A stretch of 64,000 bases of DNA, taken from positions 352,001 to 416,000 of the forward strand of contig CAVSOU010000010.1 in the NCBI GenBank assembly GCA_963729625.1, read 5' to 3'. A program made the position numbers and the translations under genes. The notes under the pieces were generated by a model, which was not told where the DNA came from, made no database searches, and was given only the letters and a program-made list of their open reading frames with translations. The number at the start of each line of letters is the position of its first letter. Within the stretch, counting starts at the first letter, position 1. The DNA comes from an uncultured bacterium (lineage in GTDB: Bacteria; Chloroflexota; UBA5177; JANWHV01). Below, piece by piece: positions 21,531 through 32,300 of this stretch.

Positions 21531-23135
21531 ATGCAGCGGGCAATCGAGCGGGTGCGGGGGTTCTATGACCTCGATCCGGTAGCCTACGCTCGCTCAGAGG
21601 CGGCTGTCGGCCTACTGAAGAGGTCATTCACGCTTGCGGGGTACTCGCTTATCGACGTGCCCGTGCTCGAGCATCTCGAGCTGTACGTGCGCAAGAACGG
21701 TGCCGATATCCTATCAAAGCTCTATGGCTTGACGGACCAGGGTCGCCGAGAGCTCGCGATGAGACCCGAATTCACGGCCTCGGTAATCCGCGCCATGGCG
21801 GCCTCAGTGCAGCGGTCGGCCGGTCCGGTTCGCGTTGCCTATGCGGGACCAGTATTCCGCTACGAAAAGCCCCAGCGAGCGACCGCACGCCAGTTCACTC
21901 AGGCTGGCGTTGAGTTGCTCGGCGAGGCGAGCCCCACGGCCGATGCGGACGTCCTGGCCCTGGCCTGCCAGACAGCACTGGCCGCAGGAGTGCCCGAGGT
22001 CCACGTCGTGATTGGCCACCTGGGACCACTTCGTGCGCTACTATCTCACCTCTCAGTGGACGGCTATGCGGAGGGCTATCTGCTGGAGCATCTTGAGTAT
22101 TTCAATCGAGGCGCAGCACAGGAGAAGCTGGTCCGCCGGCAGCTCGGACTCGACCAACTGATTGAAGACTTCAGCGACGGCGCCGGCCGCGGAGAGTTCG
22201 CGGAGGCTCTCGGCGATCTCACTCCCGAGGCAGCGCGTGGTGTCGTCAGCGGCCTGCTGCAGCAAATGGGTGTCGATCTTGGCGGGAACTCGCGGTCGCC
22301 GGATGAGATCATCGCTCGAGTGCTTGAAAAGGCGCAGCGCCATGCGGCGGTTCGTAGTGGGGCACGCAGGGAAGGCCTCGAGCGCGCCCTGCAGTTCTGC
22401 TCCGCTCTTGGCGCGCTTCGCGGGGATCCTGAGACGGTCCTTCGGAAAGCCGGACATTTACTGCATACATACGATGTGCCCGCAAGCGCCCTTGACGAGC
22501 TTCGCATCGTCGTCGACCTTTTTCGAGACCATCGGCTGGCAAACGTGCGAATGACGCTCGCTCCAGGAATGGCGCGAGGCATCGCGTATTACAGCGGCCT
22601 CATCTTTGAAATGTACGCCAACCCGGCCGAGCGTTCATCGACAGGCGAGAACGAGCTGCAGATCTGCGGAGGCGGACGATATGATGGATTGCCTCTGGCC
22701 ATCACGTGCAGCCGATCCTTTCCTGCGCTTGGCTTCGCTTTTGGCTTGGAGAGAATGCTGCATTGCATTCCTGATGGGGCCATTCGAATCGAGAAGTCGC
22801 GTACGATTGCCGTTGTGGTGCAGAGGCCGTCGCTACGACCGCACGGCCTCCGGGTCGCCGATGCGCTGCGGAAGAAGGGCTTCCCTGCGGTCGTGTCCGT
22901 GGAGAGCGCGGAAAACGGGAAGTACCTGGAGCGAATGCGGCGAGAGGGCTTCGTCGCGATGATCGTGCTCCAGGCCGCGCAAGGTGGCGACCACCCGCCC
23001 GAGCCGAAGGTTGTACAGCTAGTACCGCACGATCGTGAACTGAATGTTGATGCTCTGCGAATGGCGGCGGCGGACGCGATGCACTCGCTGGTCGACGAGC
23101 AACCGTCGCCACCCGCCAGTGGAGAACGCATGTGA
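21531..23135 (+). CDS. hisZ: HisZ / histidyl-tRNA-synthetase-like protein (ATP phosphoribosyltransferase regulatory subunit)
   Basis: MRPEFT, FRYEKPQ..RQFTQAGVE, RGIAYYSG, GGGRYDGL and FGLER; overlaps the hisG start. Confidence 0.8.
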   Translation: MQRAIERVRGFYDLDPVAYARSEAAVGLLKRSFTLAGYSLIDVPVLEHLELYVRKNGADILSKLYGLTDQGRRELAMRPEFTASVIRAMAASVQRSAGPVRVAYAGPVFRYEKPQRATARQFTQAGVELLGEASPTADADVLALACQTALAAGVPEVHVVIGHLGPLRALLSHLSVDGYAEGYLLEHLEYFNRGAAQEKLVRRQLGLDQLIEDFSDGAGRGEFAEALGDLTPEAARGVVSGLLQQMGVDLGGNSRSPDEIIARVLEKAQRHAAVRSGARREGLERALQFCSALGALRGDPETVLRKAGHLLHTYDVPASALDELRIVVDLFRDHRLANVRMTLAPGMARGIAYYSGLIFEMYANPAERSSTGENELQICGGGRYDGLPLAITCSRSFPALGFAFGLERMLHCIPDGAIRIEKSRTIAVVVQRPSLRPHGLRVADALRKKGFPAVVSVESAENGKYLERMRREGFVAMIVLQAAQGGDHPPEPKVVQLVPHDRELNVDALRMAAADAMHSLVDEQPSPPASGERM

Positions 23136-24193
23136 CAGAGGTGCTTAACTTTGCCGTTCCCAGCAAGGGAGCAATGGAGGAACCGACATTGCGGTTTCTT
23201 TCGGAGTGCGGTCTCAGTGTGCGGCGAAGTACTCCGCGCCAATACAGCGCGCGAATAAGCGGCAGAACCGATGTGGCGGCCGTGTTCCAGCGCGCCGCGG
23301 ACATACCTCAGAAGCTTGCGCTCGGATTGGTGGACGCCGGCATTACGGGCTACGACATCTTCCGCGAACACCTGGGAGAGTCCGATGATGTCGTGGTTGC
23401 CATCGAGGATCTCGGATTTGCTCGATGCAGGCTCGAGATTGCCGTGCCCGAGGCCTGGCTCGACGTGTCAACGATCGAGGACCTTTGCGACGTTGCCGCT
23501 GAGTTTCGGCGGCGGGGCCGTACGCTGCGCGTCGCGACCAAGTTCTCACGCTTGGTGCGGAGATTCCTCATGAACAACGGGTTGCCCAGCCACGCGCTGG
23601 TCGAAGGGACAGGCGCACTGGAGATAGCTCCTTCGATGGGGTACGCCGACATCATCGCCGATATCAATGAAACCGGTACGACCCTTCGCGCGAACCACTT
23701 GAAGACAATTGTTGGCGGCACAATTCTGGCTTCGCAGGCCTGCCTGCTGGTGAATCGACCTCGCCTCCACCTGTCAACGTGGAGAATGGAGACGATCCGT
23801 GACATCATCGAGATGATTGAAGCGCACCAGCGCGCTGGACAGGTTGTGTCCGTCACGGCGAACATCGAAGCCGACAGTGCCGAGACGGCCGCGAATAGGG
23901 TGCTGAGCCGCCGAGCCCTGGCCGGTGTACGTGGTCCGACGGTAATGCCTGTGTTCGACCCACGCGCTCCGGGTACAGTCTTCGCCGTGACGATTGTCAT
24001 CCCAACCGAGCTGTTGGGCGAGGTCAAGGATCATCTGCGGGCATGCGGTGGGGGGGCAATAACCGTACAACGTCCGCTCTATGTGTTTAGCGAGCAGTCG
24101 TCCGCGTTCGAGTCACTGAAGGCGACTATCGGTGGCGGACCAGTGTCGGTACCGCCAGAAGGTCCGGCTCCGCTCAAGCGCGCCCTGACGTAA
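23132..24193 (+). CDS. hisG: ATP phosphoribosyltransferase, long form
   Basis: PSKG, DAGITGYD, VATKF, GALEIAP..GYADII.D..ETGTTL..N.L, plus a C-terminal regulatory domain (GPTV). Confidence 0.95.
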   Translation: MTEVLNFAVPSKGAMEEPTLRFLSECGLSVRRSTPRQYSARISGRTDVAAVFQRAADIPQKLALGLVDAGITGYDIFREHLGESDDVVVAIEDLGFARCRLEIAVPEAWLDVSTIEDLCDVAAEFRRRGRTLRVATKFSRLVRRFLMNNGLPSHALVEGTGALEIAPSMGYADIIADINETGTTLRANHLKTIVGGTILASQACLLVNRPRLHLSTWRMETIRDIIEMIEAHQRAGQVVSVTANIEADSAETAANRVLSRRALAGVRGPTVMPVFDPRAPGTVFAVTIVIPTELLGEVKDHLRACGGGAITVQRPLYVFSEQSSAFESLKATIGGGPVSVPPEGPAPLKRALT

Positions 24194-25559
24194 CCGTTTC
24201 CTTTTCCGCATGCTCCTCGGAGATCAGCGTAGCCCTGCTGAACCCCAGCATGCGCCGGCCACCCGGGCGTTCCGGCGTGCGCAATTTCCCGTCGTAGAGG
24301 CGCAGGAGAAGCTGCGAGAGCTTCTGCGAATCGTGACGCAGGGCGTTATTGGTATCCACGACATCGAATTCCACGCGCACAATACGATCCCGCAACGCTG
24401 ACCAATCTCCTGGATGCACCACCTGACTCTTCCAGATCGAGGGTTTGGCCGCCCGGTAGTTGCTATTCGTGATCACGTAGTCGAACAGCTGGCGGCCCAC
24501 ATGTTTCTCGATTGCCGTGACGAAATCGATCGCCGAATAGGCGTCGGTCTCACCAGGTTCCGTTGCCACATTGCACACGAAGACCTTGAGCGACGCGCGA
24601 GACTCTTCGATCGCCCGCGCAATGCCTGGCACAAGCAGGTTCGGCATGACACTCGTAAAGAGACTGCCCGGTCCAACCACCAGCACGTCAGCGGACAGAA
24701 TGGCCTCGACCGCCTCAGGATTCGCAGGGGGCCCCTCCGGGAGGAGGTACACGTGATCGATCGCGTGACCGCCCTTTGCCAGGACCGATTCACCCTCGAT
24801 CGTCGTCTGATCGGTCAGTTCGGCAGCTAACTTCACGTCTTCGAGGGTCGAAGGCAGTATCTGCCCTTGCACGGCGAGGACGCGGCTCGATGCGGCAAGC
24901 GCCTCCTCGAAGCTGCCGGTAATGTCGGCCATGGCGGCAATGAAAAGATTGCCAAAACTGTGACCTTCGAGGCCTGAACCCTGTTTGAACCGGTAGTCCA
25001 GCAGTTGCTTCATCAAATCTTCGACGTCCGCGAGGGCGGCAATGCATTGCCGGAAGTCGCCGGGGGGGAGTATGCGGAGCTCGCGGCGCAGCCGGCCCGA
25101 GCTGCCGCCGTCATCTGCCACAGTCACGATCACGCTGAGGTTGCGTGAATACGTGCGAAGACCGTGCAACAACAACGACATGCCGGTGCCTCCGCCGATG
25201 GCCACGATCCGCGGTCCACGAAGGAGCAAGCGATGTTGCGCCACCGCGTCGATGACAGTGTGCGGCGCGCTCGACAGATCGCCGGGCCGGGAGATAACAG
25301 CAACAATGACGCGGTTGAGGTGTCGGAGCGCATACACGATCATGGAGGCGCTTAGCAAGAGAAAGAGACCGCCACGCACGACTCGGGGCACGGACTGCAG
25401 AGTGAGGTTGCCAACCCATTCGGGGAATCGATAGTCGACGTGGTACAAAGCCGAAAGGAAGTAGTCGACACCCAGGACCAGGAGGAGAAGCCCCGCGAAC
25501 AGGACGAGGAGCCAACGCTTGATCGTACTACCTGGAGCCAGCCAGGCCGGAATGCTCAA
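24174..25559 (-). CDS. yvcK: YvcK/GlmR (CofD-like) UDP-GlcNAc-binding protein with N-terminal TM helices
   Basis: IGGGTG, VADDGGSSGRLR, PPGD, GHSFGNL and GPGSLFTSVMPNL. Confidence 0.93.
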   Translation of the reverse strand: MSIPAWLAPGSTIKRWLLVLFAGLLLLVLGVDYFLSALYHVDYRFPEWVGNLTLQSVPRVVRGGLFLLLSASMIVYALRHLNRVIVAVISRPGDLSSAPHTVIDAVAQHRLLLRGPRIVAIGGGTGMSLLLHGLRTYSRNLSVIVTVADDGGSSGRLRRELRILPPGDFRQCIAALADVEDLMKQLLDYRFKQGSGLEGHSFGNLFIAAMADITGSFEEALAASSRVLAVQGQILPSTLEDVKLAAELTDQTTIEGESVLAKGGHAIDHVYLLPEGPPANPEAVEAILSADVLVVGPGSLFTSVMPNLLVPGIARAIEESRASLKVFVCNVATEPGETDAYSAIDFVTAIEKHVGRQLFDYVITNSNYRAAKPSIWKSQVVHPGDWSALRDRIVRVEFDVVDTNNALRHDSQKLSQLLLRLYDGKLRTPERPGGRRMLGFSRATLISEEHAEKETVTSGRA

Positions 25560-25623
25560 TGACCAGCTCCCTTTCCACGCACCAGCGAAGAGCCTGTTTC
25601 CTGTGCATTATTCATTCGTGTTC

Positions 25624-25652
25624 ACTCTAGCAGCGTACCCTGAGTATGTCAA
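25624..25652 (-). promoter_or_regulatory. Sigma70 promoter of yvcK
   Basis: Minus strand TTGACA-N17-TAGAGT. Confidence 0.6.
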
Positions 25653-25785
25653 ACTCCCTTAGCTGGAGCGCAAAGCGCCAGCACGAGCCTATGATATACT
25701 CTCAGTTGGAGGGCAAGACGCCAGATTGTGGACTCCGCCCCCCTGGACTCGCTGCTTACATTGTCGCACCTGGAGGCTCTCTGCG

Positions 25786-26304
25786 TTGGCCACCCGAGTC
25801 ATCCTCACAGCTGATAAGCCCGCGCTGCACATCAAGGCCAGACCCGTGCAGCGTGTCGATGCATCGATTCGCAAACTTATGGCCGACATGGTGGAGACAA
25901 TGCACAGTGCCGCGGGCGCTGGGCTCGCCGCGCCGCAGATAGGCGTGTCGCTCCGCGTGATCGTGTTGTGGCACGAGGATGACGAGTTCAGGCTGGTCAA
26001 CCCTGAGATTACGTGGGCATCGCGGGACATCGAAGTCGACGAAGAGGGCTGTTTGAGCATTCCCGGCTACCGCGGAAACGTGCGCCGTGCTGCCGCCGTC
26101 AAGATTCGTGCGAAGGACGAGAAGGGTCGCAACACACACGTCCGTGCTGACGGCAGGCTGGCGCGCATCTTCCAGCACGAAATCGACCACCTCGACGGTA
26201 TCCTGTTCCCAGAACGTATGGAGCCAGGTGAGCGGCTCTGGCGCATCGATGAGTTGGCCGACTCCGACGAGCCGCTGGCGCCGACAGGCACCGAGTCACG
26301 GTAG
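25786..26304 (+). CDS. def: Peptide deformylase
   Basis: GAGLAAPQIG, EGCLS and QHEIDHLDG; ggagg RBS before TTG. Confidence 0.97.
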   Translation: MATRVILTADKPALHIKARPVQRVDASIRKLMADMVETMHSAAGAGLAAPQIGVSLRVIVLWHEDDEFRLVNPEITWASRDIEVDEEGCLSIPGYRGNVRRAAAVKIRAKDEKGRNTHVRADGRLARIFQHEIDHLDGILFPERMEPGERLWRIDELADSDEPLAPTGTESR

Positions 26305-26415
26305 GGTCGAGCGCACCGTCAGGTAACCCGTCTGAACGTCGAGACCTGGGCCCCTACGAAGCTCGAACACCGCGGATTCGTCCGCCTCAAACAGCAGGCG
26401 ATCGAGTCAGGTCAT

Positions 26416-27531
26416 TTACGTTTGCAGCACCCGCTGATATGCCTCCGCGGTTCGCACGGCGATAGCATGTTGCGTGAACCTGGTGATTGCACGGTCGCGA
26501 CCCAACCGGCCAAGTTTCGAGCGAAGTGACGGGTCCGACTGAAGACAACTCAAGGCATTGCGCAGCGCTTCGACGTCCCCTTCGCGCACGACTATGCCGG
26601 CACTACCGATAACTTGCGGAATCTCGCCGGAGTCCGAGCCAATCACCGGCACACCGCATGCCATTGCTTCGACGAGCATTCGGCCAAACTGTTCCTTCCA
26701 GCGAGGCGTGGTGAGGCTGGGTCCGGCCAGGACGTCGAAGCCTCGCATGACAGCGGGCATCTTCGCCGAGCCAACTTGTCCGACAAACTCGACCCGGTCC
26801 TGAATCCTCAGGGCGCGTGCCTGATGCTCAAACATGCCCCGATCTGGACCACTGCCAACGACACGCAGCCGCCACGCATCGCCGGTCAGACCGGAAACCG
26901 CCTCCAGCAGCACCCCAAGTCCTTTCGCCTCAGTAAGCCGGCCGACGAAGCCAATTGTGAATGGACGTTGAGCGACAGTACCTTGTGACTCACCTTCCGG
27001 CTGGAACAGCTCAGGGTCGATGCCGAACTGGGGCACCACCTCCACAACTCCCAGGAAACCCTTATCACGGATGATTCTCCCCGCATCCTCATTGCCGACG
27101 ATGCCCAGGTCCGCTCGGCGGAACACGTCGGCCTCCATCCAGCGGAAGGGTGGCGGATACGTGCGCGGAATATTCTGCCAACTGAAGAACGCGAACTTCA
27201 CGCGACGGCGCCTGGCCGCGCGCAGCGCCAGCCATGTGGAGAGATTGTAGGCCTCCTCGTCGAAATGGAGGATGTCCGGCATGACCGAATCAAGCAGCGC
27301 GCCAAGACCCCGGTAGTAGTGCACGTGGTAGTGGCCGTTCAGGCGCATCGGGAGCACGGTAAGCGTATATCCGCTGGTGAACGACCGCTCAAGCACCCAA
27401 TCATGTCCCTTTTCGCGCCAGAACGGCGGCACCGCGACGGTCAGCTCCATGCCAGGCAGGGCTGCCAGCTCCTCCAGCTTGCGCTGATACATGCCGACAA
27501 CCAGCGCCTTCGACACCATTAGAACGCGCAC
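26416..27531 (-). CDS. Glycosyltransferase family 4
   Basis: GFVGRL..AKG and WKEQFGRMLVEAMACG. Confidence 0.93.
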   Translation of the reverse strand: MRVLMVSKALVVGMYQRKLEELAALPGMELTVAVPPFWREKGHDWVLERSFTSGYTLTVLPMRLNGHYHVHYYRGLGALLDSVMPDILHFDEEAYNLSTWLALRAARRRRVKFAFFSWQNIPRTYPPPFRWMEADVFRRADLGIVGNEDAGRIIRDKGFLGVVEVVPQFGIDPELFQPEGESQGTVAQRPFTIGFVGRLTEAKGLGVLLEAVSGLTGDAWRLRVVGSGPDRGMFEHQARALRIQDRVEFVGQVGSAKMPAVMRGFDVLAGPSLTTPRWKEQFGRMLVEAMACGVPVIGSDSGEIPQVIGSAGIVVREGDVEALRNALSCLQSDPSLRSKLGRLGRDRAITRFTQHAIAVRTAEAYQRVLQT

Positions 27532-28739
27532 TGCGCAACTCCTGTGATGATCGCCTCCACGCGTGAACCCGTCGCTTCCCAGTTGAAGCGAGCCGCGCGT
27601 TCAGCTCCTTGGGCCGAAAGCTTTGCATGGAGGGTGTCATCGGTCGCGAGGCGTGCCATCGCGGTCGCCCAGCCCTGCACGTCATCCGGATCGACGAGGA
27701 TGCCGGCCGACCCCACTGCCTCCGGAAGACTCGTAGCACCGGAGCAAATCACCGGAATGCCACAGGCCATTGCTTCCACCGGAGGCAGGCCGAAGCCCTC
27801 CGCGCGCGACGGAAACACAAAAGCACGAGCATCCCGATAGACGGCGGCGAGGTCCTCTTCGGCGATCCGCTCGACGAAGAGCACCCGCGATCCCAGAGCC
27901 AGCATCGCGGCATCCGCGCGCCAATCGGGGAAGAGCGCTTGCTGGCCGGGCTTCGGCAGTCCGGCAACCACTACGAGCGGCGGAATCGCTGCGCTTGACA
28001 GGCCGGCAACCGCCTTGAGCAGCACGCCGATGTTCTTCCGGGCATCGGCTCCACCGACGTATAGGAGGTACTGCTCTGGAAGCCCATAGGTTTCGCGGGC
28101 TCGAGCGGATGCAGCCGGATCGACCACGCGGTCAAACGTCGATTCGACCCCGGGAGTGACGACATGAACGCGCGACGCCGGGACACCCAGCCGCGTTACG
28201 ATCTCGCTCTTCGCATAATCCGACAATGTGATTGCCGCGGCAGCACGCCGCGCAGCCGACCCGACGAGACGGAAGTAGGTCTTAGCCGCAAATGAGCGGG
28301 CATACGCTGGATCGGCGAGCGGAATGACGTCATGAATGCTGATGACTGTCGGGCAGGGGGATACAAATGGGGCGCTGAAATGTGGGGAATACAGCACCTT
28401 CGCGCGCACCCTTCGCGCCGCGATAGGGAGTGCCACCTGTTCCCAAAACAACTTGCGCTCGTAGGAACCAACTCGCAGGGGTGGCATGGAAGCGGCGACT
28501 ATCCGCGGGACGGTATCGGGCACACCTGTGCCAAACGCCTCTTCCGCGAGCCGCCGATCATCGGCGACCACGAACGTTGCAAGATCCTGGGCGCTGCCCA
28601 GGTGTCCAAGTACGTGGCGCGCATAGCGCCCGGTGCCTGTGTGTGGATGCTCGAGAAACAGACCGCTGGCCGCCACTCGCAATGCGCCTGGCTCAATGGG
28701 CAGTGCGCGGCGAGCGCGCGTGTGCGTCGACGCGGTCAT
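27519..28739 (-). CDS. Glycosyltransferase family 4 (MtfB-like)
   Basis: TGTGRY, SIHDVIP, RKN and EGFGLPPVEAMACG; ATGA coupling. Confidence 0.93.
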   Translation of the reverse strand: MTASTHTRARRALPIEPGALRVAASGLFLEHPHTGTGRYARHVLGHLGSAQDLATFVVADDRRLAEEAFGTGVPDTVPRIVAASMPPLRVGSYERKLFWEQVALPIAARRVRAKVLYSPHFSAPFVSPCPTVISIHDVIPLADPAYARSFAAKTYFRLVGSAARRAAAAITLSDYAKSEIVTRLGVPASRVHVVTPGVESTFDRVVDPAASARARETYGLPEQYLLYVGGADARKNIGVLLKAVAGLSSAAIPPLVVVAGLPKPGQQALFPDWRADAAMLALGSRVLFVERIAEEDLAAVYRDARAFVFPSRAEGFGLPPVEAMACGIPVICSGATSLPEAVGSAGILVDPDDVQGWATAMARLATDDTLHAKLSAQGAERAARFNWEATGSRVEAIITGVAQCAF

Positions 28740-29911
28740 GCGGCAACTCGCTCGAACAACGCGAGCACCGCGCGACCTGCCGCTTCCCACGTGTACAGAC
28801 TTGCCCGTGCCAGGCCCCGCGCGTGAAGGGCTTGACGGCATTCTTCGTCTGTCAACCCGCGTTCCATGGTCTCAGACATGCCTTGAATGTCAAGCGGATC
28901 GAAATACAGTGCTGCCTCGCCCAGCACCTCCGGAAGCGCCCCACCGGTAGACGATACGACTGGAACGCCGCACGCCATAGCCTCGAGCGGCGGGATACCG
29001 AATCCTTCGTACAGAGAAGGCGACACAAACAGGCCAGCGTGTTGATACAGATGCAGCAGGTCGTCGTCCGCTGCATCTGAGAAGAATCGCACCGAGTGCT
29101 CGAGACCCAGGCGCGCAACCTCCCTGAATATCGGCTCGAACATCCAGCCTTCACGCCCAGCGATGACAAGCATGATTCCCTGTGAGGATGAATCGCCGGT
29201 CAGAACTGGATTGGCCAAACCGCACCCCAGCCGCTTCCTCAGGAGAGAGAATGCCTGCAGAAGGCGAACATAGTTCTTCCGAGGCTCGAGCGTGCCAACC
29301 GACAGCACGTAACCAGGGTAACAGCTAAAAGGCGGCTGGGTCAGAGGTCCTCCCTCATGCACCGGAGGCGGCCTGAAGCGCGCGTCCACGCCGTTCGGTA
29401 CCACGCGGATTCGCGCTGGGTCGACGCCAAGCCTGCTCTGCAGCGCATCAGCCGTAGTCCGCGACACGGCTACCACCGCGGCGGCCTGCCGGATCGATCG
29501 CGGCACCTCGGCCGACAGGTACTTACGCAATCCATCATCGGCGCACTCAGGGTGAATCAGAAACGAGAGGTCGTGCACGGTGAGAATGGACGGCACACGG
29601 CCCGGACGCGGCAGCGCGAAGTCGGGCGTGAAGAACAGGCTTGCGTGTCGTACAGCCATTGCCGGAGAGGGTAGAATGTGCAGCCTGTGCCAGCCGATTC
29701 GAGCCAGTCGTTCCGAAAGCGGTAGCCGGAGCCACCGATGATGCTGGGGCAGCGTGAGATCGTCTGGGTCCAATCGCGCGCGACCCGTTGTGACAAGCGT
29801 ATAGAAATTCTGCCCGTCGATCTCGGCCAGGCCTTGCAGCAGCCCGCGCGCGAAGCGACCGACACCCGCGCGCTGACGTAGCGCAGCCGTTCCATCGAAC
29901 ACGATACGCAT
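28736..29911 (-). CDS. Glycosyltransferase family 4 (MtfB-like)
   Basis: [21 protein letters not shown] and [15 protein letters not shown]. Confidence 0.93.
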   Translation of the reverse strand: MRIVFDGTAALRQRAGVGRFARGLLQGLAEIDGQNFYTLVTTGRARLDPDDLTLPQHHRWLRLPLSERLARIGWHRLHILPSPAMAVRHASLFFTPDFALPRPGRVPSILTVHDLSFLIHPECADDGLRKYLSAEVPRSIRQAAAVVAVSRTTADALQSRLGVDPARIRVVPNGVDARFRPPPVHEGGPLTQPPFSCYPGYVLSVGTLEPRKNYVRLLQAFSLLRKRLGCGLANPVLTGDSSSQGIMLVIAGREGWMFEPIFREVARLGLEHSVRFFSDAADDDLLHLYQHAGLFVSPSLYEGFGIPPLEAMACGVPVVSSTGGALPEVLGEAALYFDPLDIQGMSETMERGLTDEECRQALHARGLARASLYTWEAAGRAVLALFERVAA

Positions 29912-31143
29912 CAACTTGCAGGCCTGCCTTTGTCCGAACCTGTCATCTGCGCGAGGCTCGAGGACCTTCTGGCAGCGTCCGCGCCCAACGCGGGCAACGC
30001 TCTCTTCGTCTTGGCGCTCACAAGATAAATAATGAACCCGAACACTACTATGCTGAGATAGCTGATCATGCGATCCAGCAGCGCAAGCGCGGCAGCCTGC
30101 CCGCCGGTCGCCCCCTGCTTGAGCACTTTGAACGCGGCAATCAGGAATGTATCCACGACGCCAGCCCCTCCTGGAGTTAGCGGCAAGGTGGTCAGTACCG
30201 ACGAACCAAGGGCAAGAAACACGGCAGCGCTCGGGCCAACCTCGCCCTGCTTAGCCATGCCGAGGGACGCCAGCACCAGGAAGAGTCTCCCACCTTCGCA
30301 AATCCAGACCGCAATCGAGATCCCGACCAGGGCGACAAGGTTTGCCTTGAAACTGTGGATCGCGCCTTCGCGAAAGGCTGTGAAGATGCTGTGGATACGC
30401 TGAGGCAACATTCGGCGAAGGCCATCGCCAAGGCGCCAGATTCCCACGATAACCGCCACTGCCAGGACGCCCAGGCCAAGGGCGCTTGCCAGCACGAATC
30501 GCAGCGTGCTGTCGTCCAGAAGACGATTGTGGAATGTCAGGACGGCCGCGGCGAGCAAGAGCGGGAACAGCACGAGAAGGTCGAGGATTCGCTCGGCAAG
30601 GATCGTTCCCACCGTCCTTGATGCCGAAACGCCGGTAGTCGTCTTCACCAGATAGGCTCGATACACATCGCCCAGCTTCGCTGGAATGACACAATTCGCG
30701 AACCACGACAGATAGAGTATCTCCAGCAGATCCTTGATCGACGTCTGCCGCACCGTCTCACGGTCGGCGCCGACGTTGGCGTTGAGCATGAGCATCTTCC
30801 AGCGAATCGTTCGGAGCGGAAACGACAAATAATACACCAGAAAAGCCGCTATGAACAACAGAGGATTGACCTTGTGAAGGGCGGCGCCGAGGTCGTCACG
30901 GTTGATGTGCAGCTTGTAGAGCGCGACGACCAGGATGACCACGGCAATGAGGAACGAGATGGGAGTGCGCCAATTCGTGAACTTGCGACCCAGATCGACT
31001 TGGGAGGCTATGTCGTCTTCGCCCGAAACGGCATCAACAGGATCCACCATAGCTGAGGACGCTCCAGCAGGCGCATCTGCGTCTGTGGCAGCGCCCCGTG
31101 TTGTCGGTGGCTCAACCGCGGCCAACTCGCTCGAATCGTGCAT
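29911..31143 (-). CDS. UPF0104 / lysylphosphatidylglycerol-synthase TM domain (AglD2-like flippase) protein
   Basis: LR..RW, N..IPAKLGD..R, ERILD, PLTPGGAGV and LDR motifs; start approximate. Confidence 0.88.
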   Translation of the reverse strand: MHDSSELAAVEPPTTRGAATDADAPAGASSAMVDPVDAVSGEDDIASQVDLGRKFTNWRTPISFLIAVVILVVALYKLHINRDDLGAALHKVNPLLFIAAFLVYYLSFPLRTIRWKMLMLNANVGADRETVRQTSIKDLLEILYLSWFANCVIPAKLGDVYRAYLVKTTTGVSASRTVGTILAERILDLLVLFPLLLAAAVLTFHNRLLDDSTLRFVLASALGLGVLAVAVIVGIWRLGDGLRRMLPQRIHSIFTAFREGAIHSFKANLVALVGISIAVWICEGGRLFLVLASLGMAKQGEVGPSAAVFLALGSSVLTTLPLTPGGAGVVDTFLIAAFKVLKQGATGGQAAALALLDRMISYLSIVVFGFIIYLVSAKTKRALPALGADAARRSSSLAQMTGSDKGRPAS

Positions 31144-31198
31144 AGATATGTCCCCTAATCCGGGTCCAAAGACGGGCGGCAGCGCCGATGCAGCGCGG

Positions 31199-32230
31199 TC
31201 ACCCCTCGCAAGCACCCGCAGCAGCAACGGCGGCAGCGCTACAGCTGGACAGGTCGTCGCGGAACCACGTGATGGTGCGTCGCAGGCCATCCTTCAACGT
31301 GACTCGGGGCTCCCAGCCGAGCACCTGTCGAGCCTTCTCGATATCCGGACGGCGGCGAGTTGGATCGTCCTGAGGCAGGTCAAGCCACGCCACCAAATGG
31401 TCACCTATGTCCCGAAGACGGCCGTCGACCTCCGCCGCGATTTGGCACACTATCGCCGCGAACTCGGCAATCGTGTGCTCTTCAGGATTGCCAAGGTTAA
31501 AGACCTGTCCGCCAATGTTGTCACCTAGCATTGCCGAGATCACGCCGTCCACCAGGTCGCTGACGTAACAGAAACTACGCGTCTGCGTCCCATCGCCGTA
31601 AATAGTAATTGGCTTCCCGGCGAGAGCCTGGCAGATGAAGTTTGGCACGACCCGCCCATCGTCGAGCCGCGAATGGGGCCCGTAGGTGTTGAAAATGCGC
31701 ACCACGCGGCAGTCGAGGCCGAATGAGCGCCAGTACTGCATGACGAGCGCCTCGCCAAAACGCTTGCTCTCGTCGTAGCAGCTGCGCGGCCCGTTGGGGC
31801 TGACATTGCCCCAGTAGTCCTCAGCCTGCGGATGCACGAGCGGATCACCATAGATTTCGGACGTCGACGCAAATACGAAGCGCGCGTCACATCGCCGCGC
31901 GAGCTCGAGCAGGTTCCAGGTCCCTTGACTGTTCACTCGCAGAGTTTCCAGCGGCAGCCGCAAGTAGTCGACGACGCTGGCTGGACTCGCCAAGTGAAAG
32001 ACGTACGATGGCTCCCCTGGGCCGGCGCCAGTCAGGTCGGACCCACCGACTGTGGCGACGTCCGCGACGCGAAAGGTAAACAGCTGATGGTCTAGCAGCG
32101 AGGCAACGTTTGACTCTTGCCCAGTCGACAGGTTGTCGATGCAGGTCACGCTCAGGCCCCGAGCCAGCAGCGCTGCGCAAAGATGGGACCCGATGAAGCC
32201 GGCCCCACCACTTACTATCGCGTGTTCCAC
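31199..32230 (-). CDS. UDP-glucuronate decarboxylase (UDP-xylose synthase)-like SDR
   Basis: SGGAGFIG, HLASPAS, STSEIYGDP..HPQ.E.YWGNV, RSCYDESKR and DDP.RRRPDI. Confidence 0.92.
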   Translation of the reverse strand: MEHAIVSGGAGFIGSHLCAALLARGLSVTCIDNLSTGQESNVASLLDHQLFTFRVADVATVGGSDLTGAGPGEPSYVFHLASPASVVDYLRLPLETLRVNSQGTWNLLELARRCDARFVFASTSEIYGDPLVHPQAEDYWGNVSPNGPRSCYDESKRFGEALVMQYWRSFGLDCRVVRIFNTYGPHSRLDDGRVVPNFICQALAGKPITIYGDGTQTRSFCYVSDLVDGVISAMLGDNIGGQVFNLGNPEEHTIAEFAAIVCQIAAEVDGRLRDIGDHLVAWLDLPQDDPTRRRPDIEKARQVLGWEPRVTLKDGLRRTITWFRDDLSSCSAAAVAAAGACEG

Positions 32231-32300
32231 GCTAACCTCCCATCGGTGGCTACCGATGGCGCCAGCAACGGTCTGAGATTCACAGTTGTGACTTCCGCAC

